DNA of 64,000 nucleotides from contig JAYTOU010000003.1 in the NCBI GenBank assembly GCA_043747615.1, forward strand, positions 32,001 to 96,000, written 5' to 3'. Numbering within the stretch: position 1 is the stretch's first letter; every line of letters begins with the position of its first letter. Below are positions 39,503 through 48,742 of the stretch, piece after piece. The notes under the pieces were generated by a model. That model saw only the letters and a program-made list of their open reading frames with translations. It ran no database searches and was not told where the DNA came from. The translations under genes were made by a program, and so were the position numbers. This DNA is from Myxococcales bacterium. GTDB lineage: Bacteria > Myxococcota_A > Polyangia > Polyangiales > Polyangiaceae.

Positions 39503-40068
39503 CTCGGATGCGCGCGGCACATCGGGCTCGGTTCGGCGCGAGTATCGCTGGCACCTGTCTCGGGTTGTCGGCGCTCGCGTCGTGCATCCTCGCCGACCCA
39601 CCGCCCGAGCTACCGAAACCACCGGCGCGCCATCCGAACATCGTGCATGCCGCGGTGACGCCCCCTGCCGATCGCCCCATCGGCGAGCTTCCCCCGAACG
39701 GGTTCATCGTCCCCGTCGAGCTTCCCGATCCCACGCGTACGTTCGAATGGCGCCTCTTCGTCGACTTCGACGAGGTCAGAAATCCATCGCCCGTGCGGAG
39801 CGGCGCTGGCGGCGGAACGGTTGGCTCCGCGGACAAGCAGTACGTCCCGTTCTCGGTCGACGGGCTCGCGCCCGGCTGTCATCGCATCGAGTTCATCGTG
39901 GCGCTGCACTTCGATCCGTCCATCGCGCATGCCGCCGACGCAACCGGATCCGATTCCGTGACCTGGTTCTTCACGCCGTCGGGGAGTCTCGCCGGGTGCA
40001 CGACCTACGATGCAGGCCCCGGCGGTCCCGGGAACGGCGCATTTCCCGACGCGGGGGATGGAGGATGA
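39499..40068 (+). CDS. lipoprotein, hypothetical
   Basis: LASC lipobox; GTGA overlap; ends in DAG/DGG motifs. Confidence 0.72.
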   Translation: MTRMRAAHRARFGASIAGTCLGLSALASCILADPPPELPKPPARHPNIVHAAVTPPADRPIGELPPNGFIVPVELPDPTRTFEWRLFVDFDEVRNPSPVRSGAGGGTVGSADKQYVPFSVDGLAPGCHRIEFIVALHFDPSIAHAADATGSDSVTWFFTPSGSLAGCTTYDAGPGGPGNGAFPDAGDGG

Positions 40069-41945
40069 GTGGCGCGCGCATGCTGGCCGTGACCGCGCTC
40101 ATCGTGGGCTGCAGCTCCGACGCGGGCGAGAATCCAGGCATCGCTCCTCCCGTCAACACGTGCGGAGAGGAGCTCGGAGCGTGCGCTCAGTACGTTGGGC
40201 AAAAAGGCCCGGCGCCCGCGTGTGAAACGATCCTCCCGAACGGCGTGCAAGGATTGCATGAGTGTCACATCAGCGCGACGATCGCCTACAAGCTGGTCGT
40301 GTCGCTTCCCGAGGACGCTCGATTTGCGCCGGGGTCGAGCTTCGCGATGACTTCACTCGATCTGTCCAAGCGCTCTGTCATTGGACCGAGCTGCGACCTC
40401 ACCAAGGGCGCGCGCTGCGTCCGTCTCCCGCCGGTCGGGCGCGGCGTGGGCTCGTACGGAGCGCTCCCGACGACGCAACACCAGGTCAATTGGTACTTGG
40501 GACCGGCGACGTCCTCGCCGTCGATGCCGGTGCACGCCACCTTCCGGCCGCTCGTCCCGGGATCGCAGACCGTTCGCGCCGAAGAAGAGGGGCTCGACAT
40601 GCCCTCGATTTTTGCAGACGTCACCTCCGAGCTTCCTATTTTTCCGCTTCCTCCGGGCCCGCTTGGGACAGCGCCCATCGGCTTCGTGACGCCTCTCGCG
40701 TTCGGTCTGTACGAGCGGACCATTCAGCCCGACCCGCCGTTCGACACCGCGTATCCGCCTCTCATCTCGGTGGTGGGGATCGACGGAGAAAAGTTCGACG
40801 GCGTCGTGCTCGGCGGCGCTGCCGGTCCGTACAGCCTCGACGTTCCGTCGGCGTCGTGCACCGCGTCGCAGTGTTTCACGGTGACGCCACCCGGTGGGAA
40901 GGTCCTCGATGGATGGTCGGTCTTCCTCCGCGACAGCATCACGAAACGCCATATTTCCACGGTGACGCGTCTCGCGAACGGCGGAAGTGACGTTCGCCTG
41001 TTCACCGTGCAGCATCCAGATCTGCTCCTCGTGGATCTCGTCGTCGCCCCGCCTCCGGAGCTCGCCGCGTCGCCGACCATGGTGATCTCGACGGGTACCG
41101 TCGGTGCGCTCGCGAGAATTCAGGTCTACCCGACCATACCGGAGTCCGCGGTCTACTCGGCGCGCGTCGTCTCACCAGAGGGCAACGGAGTTCCGTCGCG
41201 GGTCTTCCTCTTCAGCGACAAGATCGACGTCTGTGATCCCGATTGCGCGTCCGCGGCGCCGGGCAACAAGCTCACATTCGAGACCCAGGCAGTGACCGAC
41301 CCGGACGGCCGCTTCGAGGTCCGCGTTCCGCCGGGCACCTACGAAGTGGCGACCATTCCGGACGTGCAAACCGGCTTCGCGATCGCCATCGCACAGCGTC
41401 AGGCGGGGCAAGGCTCTTCGCTCGGCGGAAGCATCCCGGTGCTCCCGCGCGCATCGATGAACGGGATCGCGGTGCTCACCGACGGACGCCCGCTCGCCGG
41501 CGCAGACGTCGAAGCGCGCGCGACCGCCCAACCCCAGAGCTCGAGCAGTCACTTCGCGCGACTGGTTCGTTTCGGTCGCGCCAAGACGGACGCCAATGGA
41601 TTTTTCGCGCTGCCGCTCGACCCTGGTTACTACGACGTCACCGTGAAGCCGGCGGCAAGCACGCGCTTTCCCTGGATTGTGGTTCCGGCGCTTCTCGTGC
41701 AGCCGAGCAACGTGCCCATCGAACTGCGCCCCCTCGACTTTGCCATCCCTGTGCCCATCAACGAGTCGTTCACCCTGCTCGACGGCTCGCCGTCCCAGAC
41801 GCCGATTCGAGGGGCGCTCGTACGCGCGTACGCTTGCCGCGGACAGTGCGACCCGAGCCAAAAAACCGTGGATGTCGAGATCGGCCGCGCCTACACGGAC
41901 CTAGACGGGCACTACGAGATGTTCCTGGCCGAACAGCAGCAGTGA
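40065..41945 (+). CDS. lipoprotein with carboxypeptidase-regulatory-like (beta-sandwich) domains
   Basis: IVGC lipobox; repeated TD.DG.F...PG.Y.V motifs; ATGA overlap, start 40065 rather than 39351. Confidence 0.78.
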   Translation: MSGARMLAVTALIVGCSSDAGENPGIAPPVNTCGEELGACAQYVGQKGPAPACETILPNGVQGLHECHISATIAYKLVVSLPEDARFAPGSSFAMTSLDLSKRSVIGPSCDLTKGARCVRLPPVGRGVGSYGALPTTQHQVNWYLGPATSSPSMPVHATFRPLVPGSQTVRAEEEGLDMPSIFADVTSELPIFPLPPGPLGTAPIGFVTPLAFGLYERTIQPDPPFDTAYPPLISVVGIDGEKFDGVVLGGAAGPYSLDVPSASCTASQCFTVTPPGGKVLDGWSVFLRDSITKRHISTVTRLANGGSDVRLFTVQHPDLLLVDLVVAPPPELAASPTMVISTGTVGALARIQVYPTIPESAVYSARVVSPEGNGVPSRVFLFSDKIDVCDPDCASAAPGNKLTFETQAVTDPDGRFEVRVPPGTYEVATIPDVQTGFAIAIAQRQAGQGSSLGGSIPVLPRASMNGIAVLTDGRPLAGADVEARATAQPQSSSSHFARLVRFGRAKTDANGFFALPLDPGYYDVTVKPAASTRFPWIVVPALLVQPSNVPIELRPLDFAIPVPINESFTLLDGSPSQTPIRGALVRAYACRGQCDPSQKTVDVEIGRAYTDLDGHYEMFLAEQQQ

Positions 41946-41957
41946 GGTGGTAGTCTG

Positions 41958-42554
41958 ATGCTCGAGCAGGCCATGTTGAAAGAAGAGCAAATCTCCTTAC
42001 TCGCCAAGGTTGCGCGCACGCCCGCTCGTTCGCGAGAGGGAAGCAGCGATACCGCTGGCCCCGATTCGAGCTCGATCCTGTCGCTCGCAGCCGCCTCCTA
42101 CGGGGCGCGACCGGACGGCGACGCGACGGTACCGACGGGGTTCGATCCGGTAGCCGTGGCGCTCTTCGAGGCGATCGTCGAAGCGGCTTACCTCGTCGCG
42201 GCCTCCGACGGAGTGGTCGACGCCGAGGAGCGCCAAGCCTTCGAGCGCGTGGTTTCTGCGGCCTGTGGCGGCGCCGTCGCTCCGAAGCACGTCGCCGATC
42301 TCGTGGCCGATCTCGTCGGTCAGCTGGAAGAGGACGGAATGGATCGCCGCATTCAGGCGGTCGGCGCGCTCATCACGAAGAGGAGCCACGCTGAAGAGGT
42401 GCTGCGCATCGCGGCCCTCCTCGCGCAAGCCAGTGACAGCGTCAGCGAGGTCGAGCGACAGACGCTCGTGCGCATCGCCGAGGTTTGCAAGCTCGAGCCC
42501 GCCGACGTCGACACCGCGCTCCGCGAAGTCCAAGCCGCCCTCGCCGTCGCCTGA
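41958..42554 (+). CDS. TerB-family (tellurite resistance-like) protein
   Basis: EAAYLVAASDGVVDAEER...A.AS.SVSEVERQTL.RIA; alternative start ATG 41973. Confidence 0.85.
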   Translation: MLEQAMLKEEQISLLAKVARTPARSREGSSDTAGPDSSSILSLAAASYGARPDGDATVPTGFDPVAVALFEAIVEAAYLVAASDGVVDAEERQAFERVVSAACGGAVAPKHVADLVADLVGQLEEDGMDRRIQAVGALITKRSHAEEVLRIAALLAQASDSVSEVERQTLVRIAEVCKLEPADVDTALREVQAALAVA

Positions 42555-42564
42555 CGACTCCGCG

Positions 42565-44169
42565 TCAGCGCGCGATTTGCGGATGCATCTTCTGGCGCTT
42601 CACCGGCTTGGCCGGGCGGAGGTGGCCGAAGAGATAGATGCCGCCCATCACCGTCGCCCACGGCCGGAAATGGCGAAACGTGGTGTACCACTGGAGCGCC
42701 TTCGGTCCGTTGGTTGCCGGGCGCAGACCGCTTGCGGCCGCGTGATCCTGGGCGTGCTGGAAAGCGTCCGCGATCTTCTGCTGAACGACTCGGGGAGCAG
42801 CCCGTTCGCGGGCAAGCTTTGCAGCCATCTTCCCAAGCCGTCCGCGTTTCTGCGGATCTCCTAGGAGCTCGAGCACCGCGCGCCCAAATGCGACATCGGC
42901 TTCCGCTTCGATCCCGTCGCCGCTGCCAGCCGCGAGGAGCACGCCGTTGATGCCATCCTGGATCTGCGAGCTCACGCCCATGCCGTCGGCAAAGGCAACG
43001 GTCGGCGTGCCGCACCACAGGGCCTCGCCCATCACGTTGCCGTACGTCTCGCTCAGCGATCCGTGGACGAAGACATCTGCGTACGCGTAGAAGTCCGCCA
43101 TCTGGGTGAAGGGCACTTCGCCGGGGAAAAACACGCGATCCGCGACCCCGTTTTCGCGTGCGACCCGCTTGTAGAAGTCGCTGTCGGGGCCATCGCCGAG
43201 CATCGTGAGGGACGCTTCGGGATCCATGGGCGCTATGTGCTTGGCGAAGATCTTGATGATTCGGTCTTGAGCCTTCTCACGCGTGTGCCGCCCGGCGCAG
43301 AGGAGGCGTGCGCCGCGACCGGTGGCTTCATGCCCAATCAAGTGGGTGTACGGGTCTTCGCCGAGCGGGCGATCGAAGAGCTCGGGCTGTACCGCGCGCG
43401 GGATGACGTGGATCGGAGCGGTGACGCCGCGCTCGCGCCAGTAGCGACGAAGTCCTTCGCTGAGCACCACGAGGCCATCGCTCTCGTTGTAGATCCGGGC
43501 AAAGAGGTTCTCGAAAGGGCGCTTTAGCGCGAGCTCGAGGCCCGCGTGGACCGCTTCGATCTTGGACAGTCTCTCGGGAAGCAGAACGTCGTATGCGGCG
43601 GCCAAATGCGTGGTGTTCACGCAGAGGAGCGGTATGCCTTTCATCTTCCTGAGCCAGATGCCGAACTCCATGAGGAGCGAGGTCGTCTGGGCAAAGATGA
43701 TGTCGAAATTCCATTGATCCGCGTCGTAAACCCAGGAAGCCAGCGGAAGCGGGATGTGCACGCCCGGGTACGTCTTTAGCGGAAGGCTCGGAAGAGAGAT
43801 GGTCCCCGGCGGAATTTCGTCGGGTGTGGCTTCCGGATCATACGGACCGATGACTGTGACTTCGTGACCACACCGACGCAATTCCTGATACAGGAACCGT
43901 GTCTGAAATGCTGCACCATTGGCATAGGGGATTCTCGTGAAATCGCTGAGGATCGCCACCCGCAACGGACGCCCTTGCCGGGCCGCGAGGGCGGCAAACG
44001 GGGCCAGCTCCTCGATACCCGCCGGGAGCGCTTCAGCGGCATTTCCCGCTCGCAGCGGTCGGACATTCCCTTGGTCGGAGGGGGCGGAAGATGCCGCTCC
44101 GGGGGCGCCATGAAGGTCGTCGACGTGACCGAATTTTTCTCGCAAAGAGGGGGCGGAGTTCGAAGCCAT
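42565..44169 (-). CDS. GT4 glycosyltransferase, diacylglycerol glucosyltransferase (UGDG/MGS)-like
   Basis: RVAILSD...NG...GHEVTVIGP; GRHTREK; YAYADVFVHGSLSETYGNVMGEA (EX7E); start ATG 44169 or TTG 43965. Confidence 0.88.
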   Translation of the reverse strand: MASNSAPSLREKFGHVDDLHGAPGAASSAPSDQGNVRPLRAGNAAEALPAGIEELAPFAALAARQGRPLRVAILSDFTRIPYANGAAFQTRFLYQELRRCGHEVTVIGPYDPEATPDEIPPGTISLPSLPLKTYPGVHIPLPLASWVYDADQWNFDIIFAQTTSLLMEFGIWLRKMKGIPLLCVNTTHLAAAYDVLLPERLSKIEAVHAGLELALKRPFENLFARIYNESDGLVVLSEGLRRYWRERGVTAPIHVIPRAVQPELFDRPLGEDPYTHLIGHEATGRGARLLCAGRHTREKAQDRIIKIFAKHIAPMDPEASLTMLGDGPDSDFYKRVARENGVADRVFFPGEVPFTQMADFYAYADVFVHGSLSETYGNVMGEALWCGTPTVAFADGMGVSSQIQDGINGVLLAAGSGDGIEAEADVAFGRAVLELLGDPQKRGRLGKMAAKLARERAAPRVVQQKIADAFQHAQDHAAASGLRPATNGPKALQWYTTFRHFRPWATVMGGIYLFGHLRPAKPVKRQKMHPQIAR

Positions 44170-45294
44170 TTGACTGTTAAAAGTCACTTTTCGTGCCAAG
44201 CCGGACACGACCAATTGGTGGTCGCGCCAGGAGGGGTTACGCGCGAAGAGCCTTACGCGGCGTTTGCTTTTTCGCAGTCGAAAGCCAGCGGGAGCGCGAG
44301 GGTATTACGCGTCGGTGGGCCAGCGCTGCCATACGACCGCACGTATCATCTTCTCTGGCGCCTGGACACCGTTCGACGAGCCATCGTTCGGGAGCACCCA
44401 GACGTCCTCGAGATTCATTCGCCGTACCTCGCAGCGATGGCTGCGCTGAGCGTGCCGCGGACCTCGTTCGGGATCCGGACCTTTGTTTGGCACTCCGACT
44501 TCATCGATACCCACCTCCGCGGCGGAATGGAGCGCCGGCTTCCGGTCAAGGTCGTGGACGCGATGGTCGAGCCCCTCTGGGCCTGGGTCCGCGCGATCGC
44601 CCGAGGCTGCGACGCCACGTTCGCCGCCTCGAAGTGGCAAGCGCAGAAGCTGCGCGCGCACGGAGTCGAGCGGGTCACTCACCTCCCCTTCGGCGTCGAG
44701 AAAGAAATTTTTTCGCCCGCCGCTCGCACCGAAGAAACCCGGAACAGGCTTCTTCAAGGGAGGCGCGGGCCGCTGCTCATCGCGATCGGGCGCTTCGCGG
44801 TGGAGAAGCGCTGGGACGTGGTGCTCGACGCGTTCGTGCGGTTGAATGACAACGAAGCGGTCTTGGCCATCTTCGGAGATGGACCGGACCGCGCTCAGAT
44901 GGAGGCACGGGTGCGCGGCAATCCAAACGTGCGCTTCATGGGCTTCGACAAAGACCGGGCGCGGCTCGCCAATTCTCTCGCGAGCGCGGATGTGCTCGTG
45001 CACGGCTGTCCCTACGAAACGTTCGGGCTCGGCGTGGCCGAAGCCATCGCTACCGGTCTTCCGGTGGTCGTGCCGGACGAAGGAGGCGCGGCGGAGCAAG
45101 CGCAGCCCCGAAGCGCCGAGCTGTATCGGGCGGGAGACGCGAACGCCTGTGCGGAGGCCATCGTGCGCCTCCTCGCGCGGCCAGATCTACGGGCAAACGC
45201 GCTCGTCACCGCGGCCGGCGTCCCCGACGTCGAGATCCATTTCGCCCGCTTGTTCGAGATTTACGGAGACCTCCTCTCGCACCCTCGTTCGTAA
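44110..45294 (+). CDS. GT4 glycosyltransferase
   Basis: MKVVDVTEFFSQRGGGVRS; GRFAVEK; ADVLVHGCPYETFGLGVAEA. Confidence 0.9.
   Translation: MKVVDVTEFFSQRGGGVRSHLTVKSHFSCQAGHDQLVVAPGGVTREEPYAAFAFSQSKASGSARVLRVGGPALPYDRTYHLLWRLDTVRRAIVREHPDVLEIHSPYLAAMAALSVPRTSFGIRTFVWHSDFIDTHLRGGMERRLPVKVVDAMVEPLWAWVRAIARGCDATFAASKWQAQKLRAHGVERVTHLPFGVEKEIFSPAARTEETRNRLLQGRRGPLLIAIGRFAVEKRWDVVLDAFVRLNDNEAVLAIFGDGPDRAQMEARVRGNPNVRFMGFDKDRARLANSLASADVLVHGCPYETFGLGVAEAIATGLPVVVPDEGGAAEQAQPRSAELYRAGDANACAEAIVRLLARPDLRANALVTAAGVPDVEIHFARLFEIYGDLLSHPRS
44171..44199 (-). promoter_or_regulatory. sigma-54-like promoter plus palindrome inside the opposite-strand CDS
   Basis: Minus strand TGGCACG-AAAA-GTGAC (GA instead of GC at -12); TGACT-N6-AGTCA inverted repeat at 44171-44186. 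Confidence 0.4.
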
Positions 45295-45311
45295 CGGGGT
45301 ACGTCACCTCC

Positions 45312-46040
45312 ATGGGCGTTCATGTTTCCCTCCACGACGTGTCTCCTGCGTGGGCCTCCGAGATCGATCTAGCTCTCGAGTACTGCCAGGCCATAGGGGC
45401 AAAGCCGGCTCTCCTCGTGGTGCCGAACTTCCACGGGAAGTGGCCGCTCTTGGAGCACCCCGAATTCTGCTCACGGCTCCGCGACCTTCAAGCCTCGGGC
45501 CACGAAATTTTCCTTCACGGATTTTATCACGCCGCTGGGATGGGTGACGCGCGCGGAACGGCAGCCCCCGGCTTGTCGCGGTGGTTTGCGCAGCGCGTGG
45601 TCTCCAAGGGTGAAGCAGAGTTCAGCGACGTGACGCGCGACGAGGCCATGCACCGCCTCGACGAGGGCGAGCGCGTTCTTCGCGAGGCCGGTCTCACCAT
45701 CGACGGCTTCATCGCGCCCGCGTGGTCCATGCCGGCGTGGGTTCGCCCGCTTCTTGCGGAGCGCGGCTATGCGTTCAGCGAAGATCACCTGAAAATATAC
45801 GATCCGAAAGGACGCCGCTCGCGCTCGAGTGTGGTCCTCAACTACGCCAGCCGTACGCCGATGCGCCTCCTGTCGAGCGTCGCCTATTGCCGCCTTGCGA
45901 AGCACGCGCGCGCCCTGATGCCTGCGCGGGTGGCGATTCATCCGGCCGACATGCGCTACGCGCTTCTGCGTCACGAGGTGCGCGAGCTGCTTTCGTGGGC
46001 CGAGGGGAACGTGGTCTCTCGCGCCGCGGAGCTGTTCTAA
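45312..46040 (+). CDS. DUF2334 / polysaccharide deacetylase-like protein
   Basis: VSLHDVSP, LLVVP, EIFLHGFYH, EAEF, GFIAPAW, RVAIHPAD. Confidence 0.87.
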   Translation: MGVHVSLHDVSPAWASEIDLALEYCQAIGAKPALLVVPNFHGKWPLLEHPEFCSRLRDLQASGHEIFLHGFYHAAGMGDARGTAAPGLSRWFAQRVVSKGEAEFSDVTRDEAMHRLDEGERVLREAGLTIDGFIAPAWSMPAWVRPLLAERGYAFSEDHLKIYDPKGRRSRSSVVLNYASRTPMRLLSSVAYCRLAKHARALMPARVAIHPADMRYALLRHEVRELLSWAEGNVVSRAAELF

Positions 46041-48742
46041 GCCGAAGGGGGCGCGCCTTCGATGACCACGTCTTTTGCCTCGTTTGCGGGCGGACCGCTT
46101 CGCTTCATCACGACGTGGAGGAGCGCCGGAAGCACGAGGAGCGCGCCGACCAGACAGGCGATCTCCCCGCTCATCGCCAGGCGACCGAACGACTGCAGCG
46201 CCTGATTGTCGGCAAAGAGGAGCGACCCGTAGCCGATGGCCGTCGTGTAGCTGCAGAGCGCGACCGCCCCGCCCGTGCGCTTGACCGCGGAGGTCACGTC
46301 CCCTCCGAGGAGTCGCGAGCGATCGAAGATGTTGAACGGGTATTCGCACCCTATTCCGAAGGTGATCGGCAGAGCGATGAAGTTCAAGAAATTGAGCTTC
46401 ATGTCGATGAGCGCCGCTCCGCCGATCGTCCAAAGCACGCCCATGAGCAGCGCGGCGAGCACGCATAGACCTCCGCGAAGACTGCTGCACGCGAGGAGCA
46501 CCACCACGACCACCGCGCTGAAGGAGACCACCGTGGCGAGCGGCCCATCGTGCTCCATCGAGTGGATCATCTCTGCGAAGATGGTGGAGCGGCTCGCGGT
46601 CTGCACCTGGGTTCCGTCGGGGAGAACCACGTTGTCGGTGGTCTTCGAAATGCGAAGGAGGTTGTGACCGTCGGAGAAGGACACGTTGTTGTTGAACTTG
46701 ACGTAGAAGACCGTCCCCACCGTTCCGTTATTTTCTTCGAAGCGTCGGCGGAGAAGGCCGGGGAGGTCTTTGGCGGTGAGGGCCTTGATGTCGTCGGGAG
46801 GCCGCATTTCCTCGACTCGTTTGCGTTCCTCGTCGTTCTTGAGTCCGTGCAAGACCGCGGGGGTCAAGCGATCGCGTATGCGGTCGAGCACGGCGAGCTT
46901 CCTTTTTTGATCGGCATCGGGCCCGGGGAGAAGATCTTCGACCGTGGCTACCTCGGCGACCAGCTTCCCATCCGGATCGTGGGCGTCGTTGTCGAAAATC
47001 TTCTGCTTGATGAGAGGGACCTGCTCGGGCGAGTCCGCGAGCATCAAGGCACCCGCGATGTTCATCTTGCCGCCGAACACCTTCTCGGCTTTGTTCGACC
47101 AGATCCCCGCGCCGGAGACCTTTGAGCCGCGCGAGCCGAGGTGATCGAAGTTGTACTCCCACGGGTCGCGCAAGTACGTGGGGAGCTTCCAGGCGGCGAC
47201 GACGCAGGCGACCGCGGCGAGGCTGAGAAACACCCACGGGTAGCGCTCGGTGGCGTTCGCGATGAGCTTGGTCACCGGCCCGCGGCTGCCGTCTTTCTCG
47301 ATACGCGGAGGCGGATCGCGGAGCCACCAAGGGAGCTTGGCCTGCACCTTCTCGATGACGACGAGCATCGCCGGCACCGTGGGGATCATCGAGACCCACA
47401 CGAGCAGCATGCCCACGAAGCCGATCATCCCGAACTGGTTGAAGCCCCGGAAGCGGGTGACGATGAGCGAGCCGTACGCAATGCCACCGACCAGCGCGCC
47501 CACGAGCTCGGCACGAAAAGCGTTCCACACCGCATCGCGCCGGGCATCGTCGGGAGCCTGGCCGCGCGCGCGGAATTCGCGGTACCGCGAAAGGAGGACG
47601 ATCGGATAGTTGATGCCGTTACCGAGGATGATGGCCGCGAGAAATGCGCCCGACGTGTTGACGTAGCCGAAGGTGGCCATCGCGAACGAGTACGCGCAGC
47701 CGACCCCAATGAACACGGGGAGCGCGATGACGGCGAGCGACCACGGCGAGCGGAAAAAGAAGACCACTCCGCCCAAGATGAGGACGAAGGCGATCCCCGT
47801 GGCCCACACCGCGTCGCTGACGAGCGAGTCTTTTTCTTCGATCGCGTTGGGGATGTCTCCCGCGTACCCGACCTGCATTTGCGGCTGGTAGGCGGTGACG
47901 TTGAGCGCCCCGACCATGGCTCTCACCTGGTTGAGGAGGAGGTCACCGTCGCGCCCGCCCATCCCGCTGGTCGTCGAGATGATGCGGATGCCGAGGCTCT
48001 TTCCGTCGGGCGTCGCGAAGTAGCCCGTGGGAAAGTCGTCGTGCTTGTTGGCCTTGTCTTTCCAGCGCTCGCGGTACTCATCCATCCCGAATGCCGCTTT
48101 TTTCTCGGGATTTGCAGGCGCAGGCGGCGGTGCAGTGGAGCCGGCCGGTGCGGGAGCGACTTGTCCTTGCTTGGGCGCGGGCTTGGGGACGGACTTCGGC
48201 GCCGGCTCATCGTCAGGGTCGTCCCCTTCGAGGTTCGAGACGAGACCGCTGCTGATCGCGATCTGGTGGTCGAGCGTCTCGTCTGCCGACTCGAGATCGC
48301 TCGTGTCCGCGTAGAGCCACTTGTTGTCCTGGAAGAACTTGCGGACGTCCTTGGTGCCGGTCTCGGCGTAGGCAATGAGATCGGGACCGCAGGCGGCCCT
48401 GCATCCGCCGTCTTCCTTGCAAGCCGTGATGCAATTTTTTCGGCTCTCGATGGCCCCGTTCACTTTCTGGGAGAGATCATCGATGAACTTTTCGTTCGCA
48501 GCGCGCTCCGGCGATTCGACGATGACGAGGAGCGTCGCCCCGCCGCCCACGCGTCCGAGCTGGTGCTCGAAGGCCTTGAACCCCTTGCTCTCGCGCGGAA
48601 GGAGCTCGAGAAAATCCGAGCGCAAATCGAGCTTTGAAGCGTACGTCCACGTGCCCGCGATCGTGCAGAGAGCTACGAAGAGAACGAGGAACGGGTACTT
48701 CCCACTGAAGTCGACGATGCGACCGACGATTTTCTTGATCAC
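46037..48742 (-). CDS. MMPL/RND-family lipid exporter (HpnN-like)
   Basis: 1+5 / 1+5 TM architecture with two large periplasmic loops; LLP motifs; TTAIGYGSLL...LQSFG; GTGA overlap with the upstream GT4. Confidence 0.9.
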   Translation of the reverse strand: MIKKIVGRIVDFSGKYPFLVLFVALCTIAGTWTYASKLDLRSDFLELLPRESKGFKAFEHQLGRVGGGATLLVIVESPERAANEKFIDDLSQKVNGAIESRKNCITACKEDGGCRAACGPDLIAYAETGTKDVRKFFQDNKWLYADTSDLESADETLDHQIAISSGLVSNLEGDDPDDEPAPKSVPKPAPKQGQVAPAPAGSTAPPPAPANPEKKAAFGMDEYRERWKDKANKHDDFPTGYFATPDGKSLGIRIISTTSGMGGRDGDLLLNQVRAMVGALNVTAYQPQMQVGYAGDIPNAIEEKDSLVSDAVWATGIAFVLILGGVVFFFRSPWSLAVIALPVFIGVGCAYSFAMATFGYVNTSGAFLAAIILGNGINYPIVLLSRYREFRARGQAPDDARRDAVWNAFRAELVGALVGGIAYGSLIVTRFRGFNQFGMIGFVGMLLVWVSMIPTVPAMLVVIEKVQAKLPWWLRDPPPRIEKDGSRGPVTKLIANATERYPWVFLSLAAVACVVAAWKLPTYLRDPWEYNFDHLGSRGSKVSGAGIWSNKAEKVFGGKMNIAGALMLADSPEQVPLIKQKIFDNDAHDPDGKLVAEVATVEDLLPGPDADQKRKLAVLDRIRDRLTPAVLHGLKNDEERKRVEEMRPPDDIKALTAKDLPGLLRRRFEENNGTVGTVFYVKFNNNVSFSDGHNLLRISKTTDNVVLPDGTQVQTASRSTIFAEMIHSMEHDGPLATVVSFSAVVVVVLLACSSLRGGLCVLAALLMGVLWTIGGAALIDMKLNFLNFIALPITFGIGCEYPFNIFDRSRLLGGDVTSAVKRTGGAVALCSYTTAIGYGSLLFADNQALQSFGRLAMSGEIACLVGALLVLPALLHVVMKRSGPPANEAKDVVIEGAPPSA

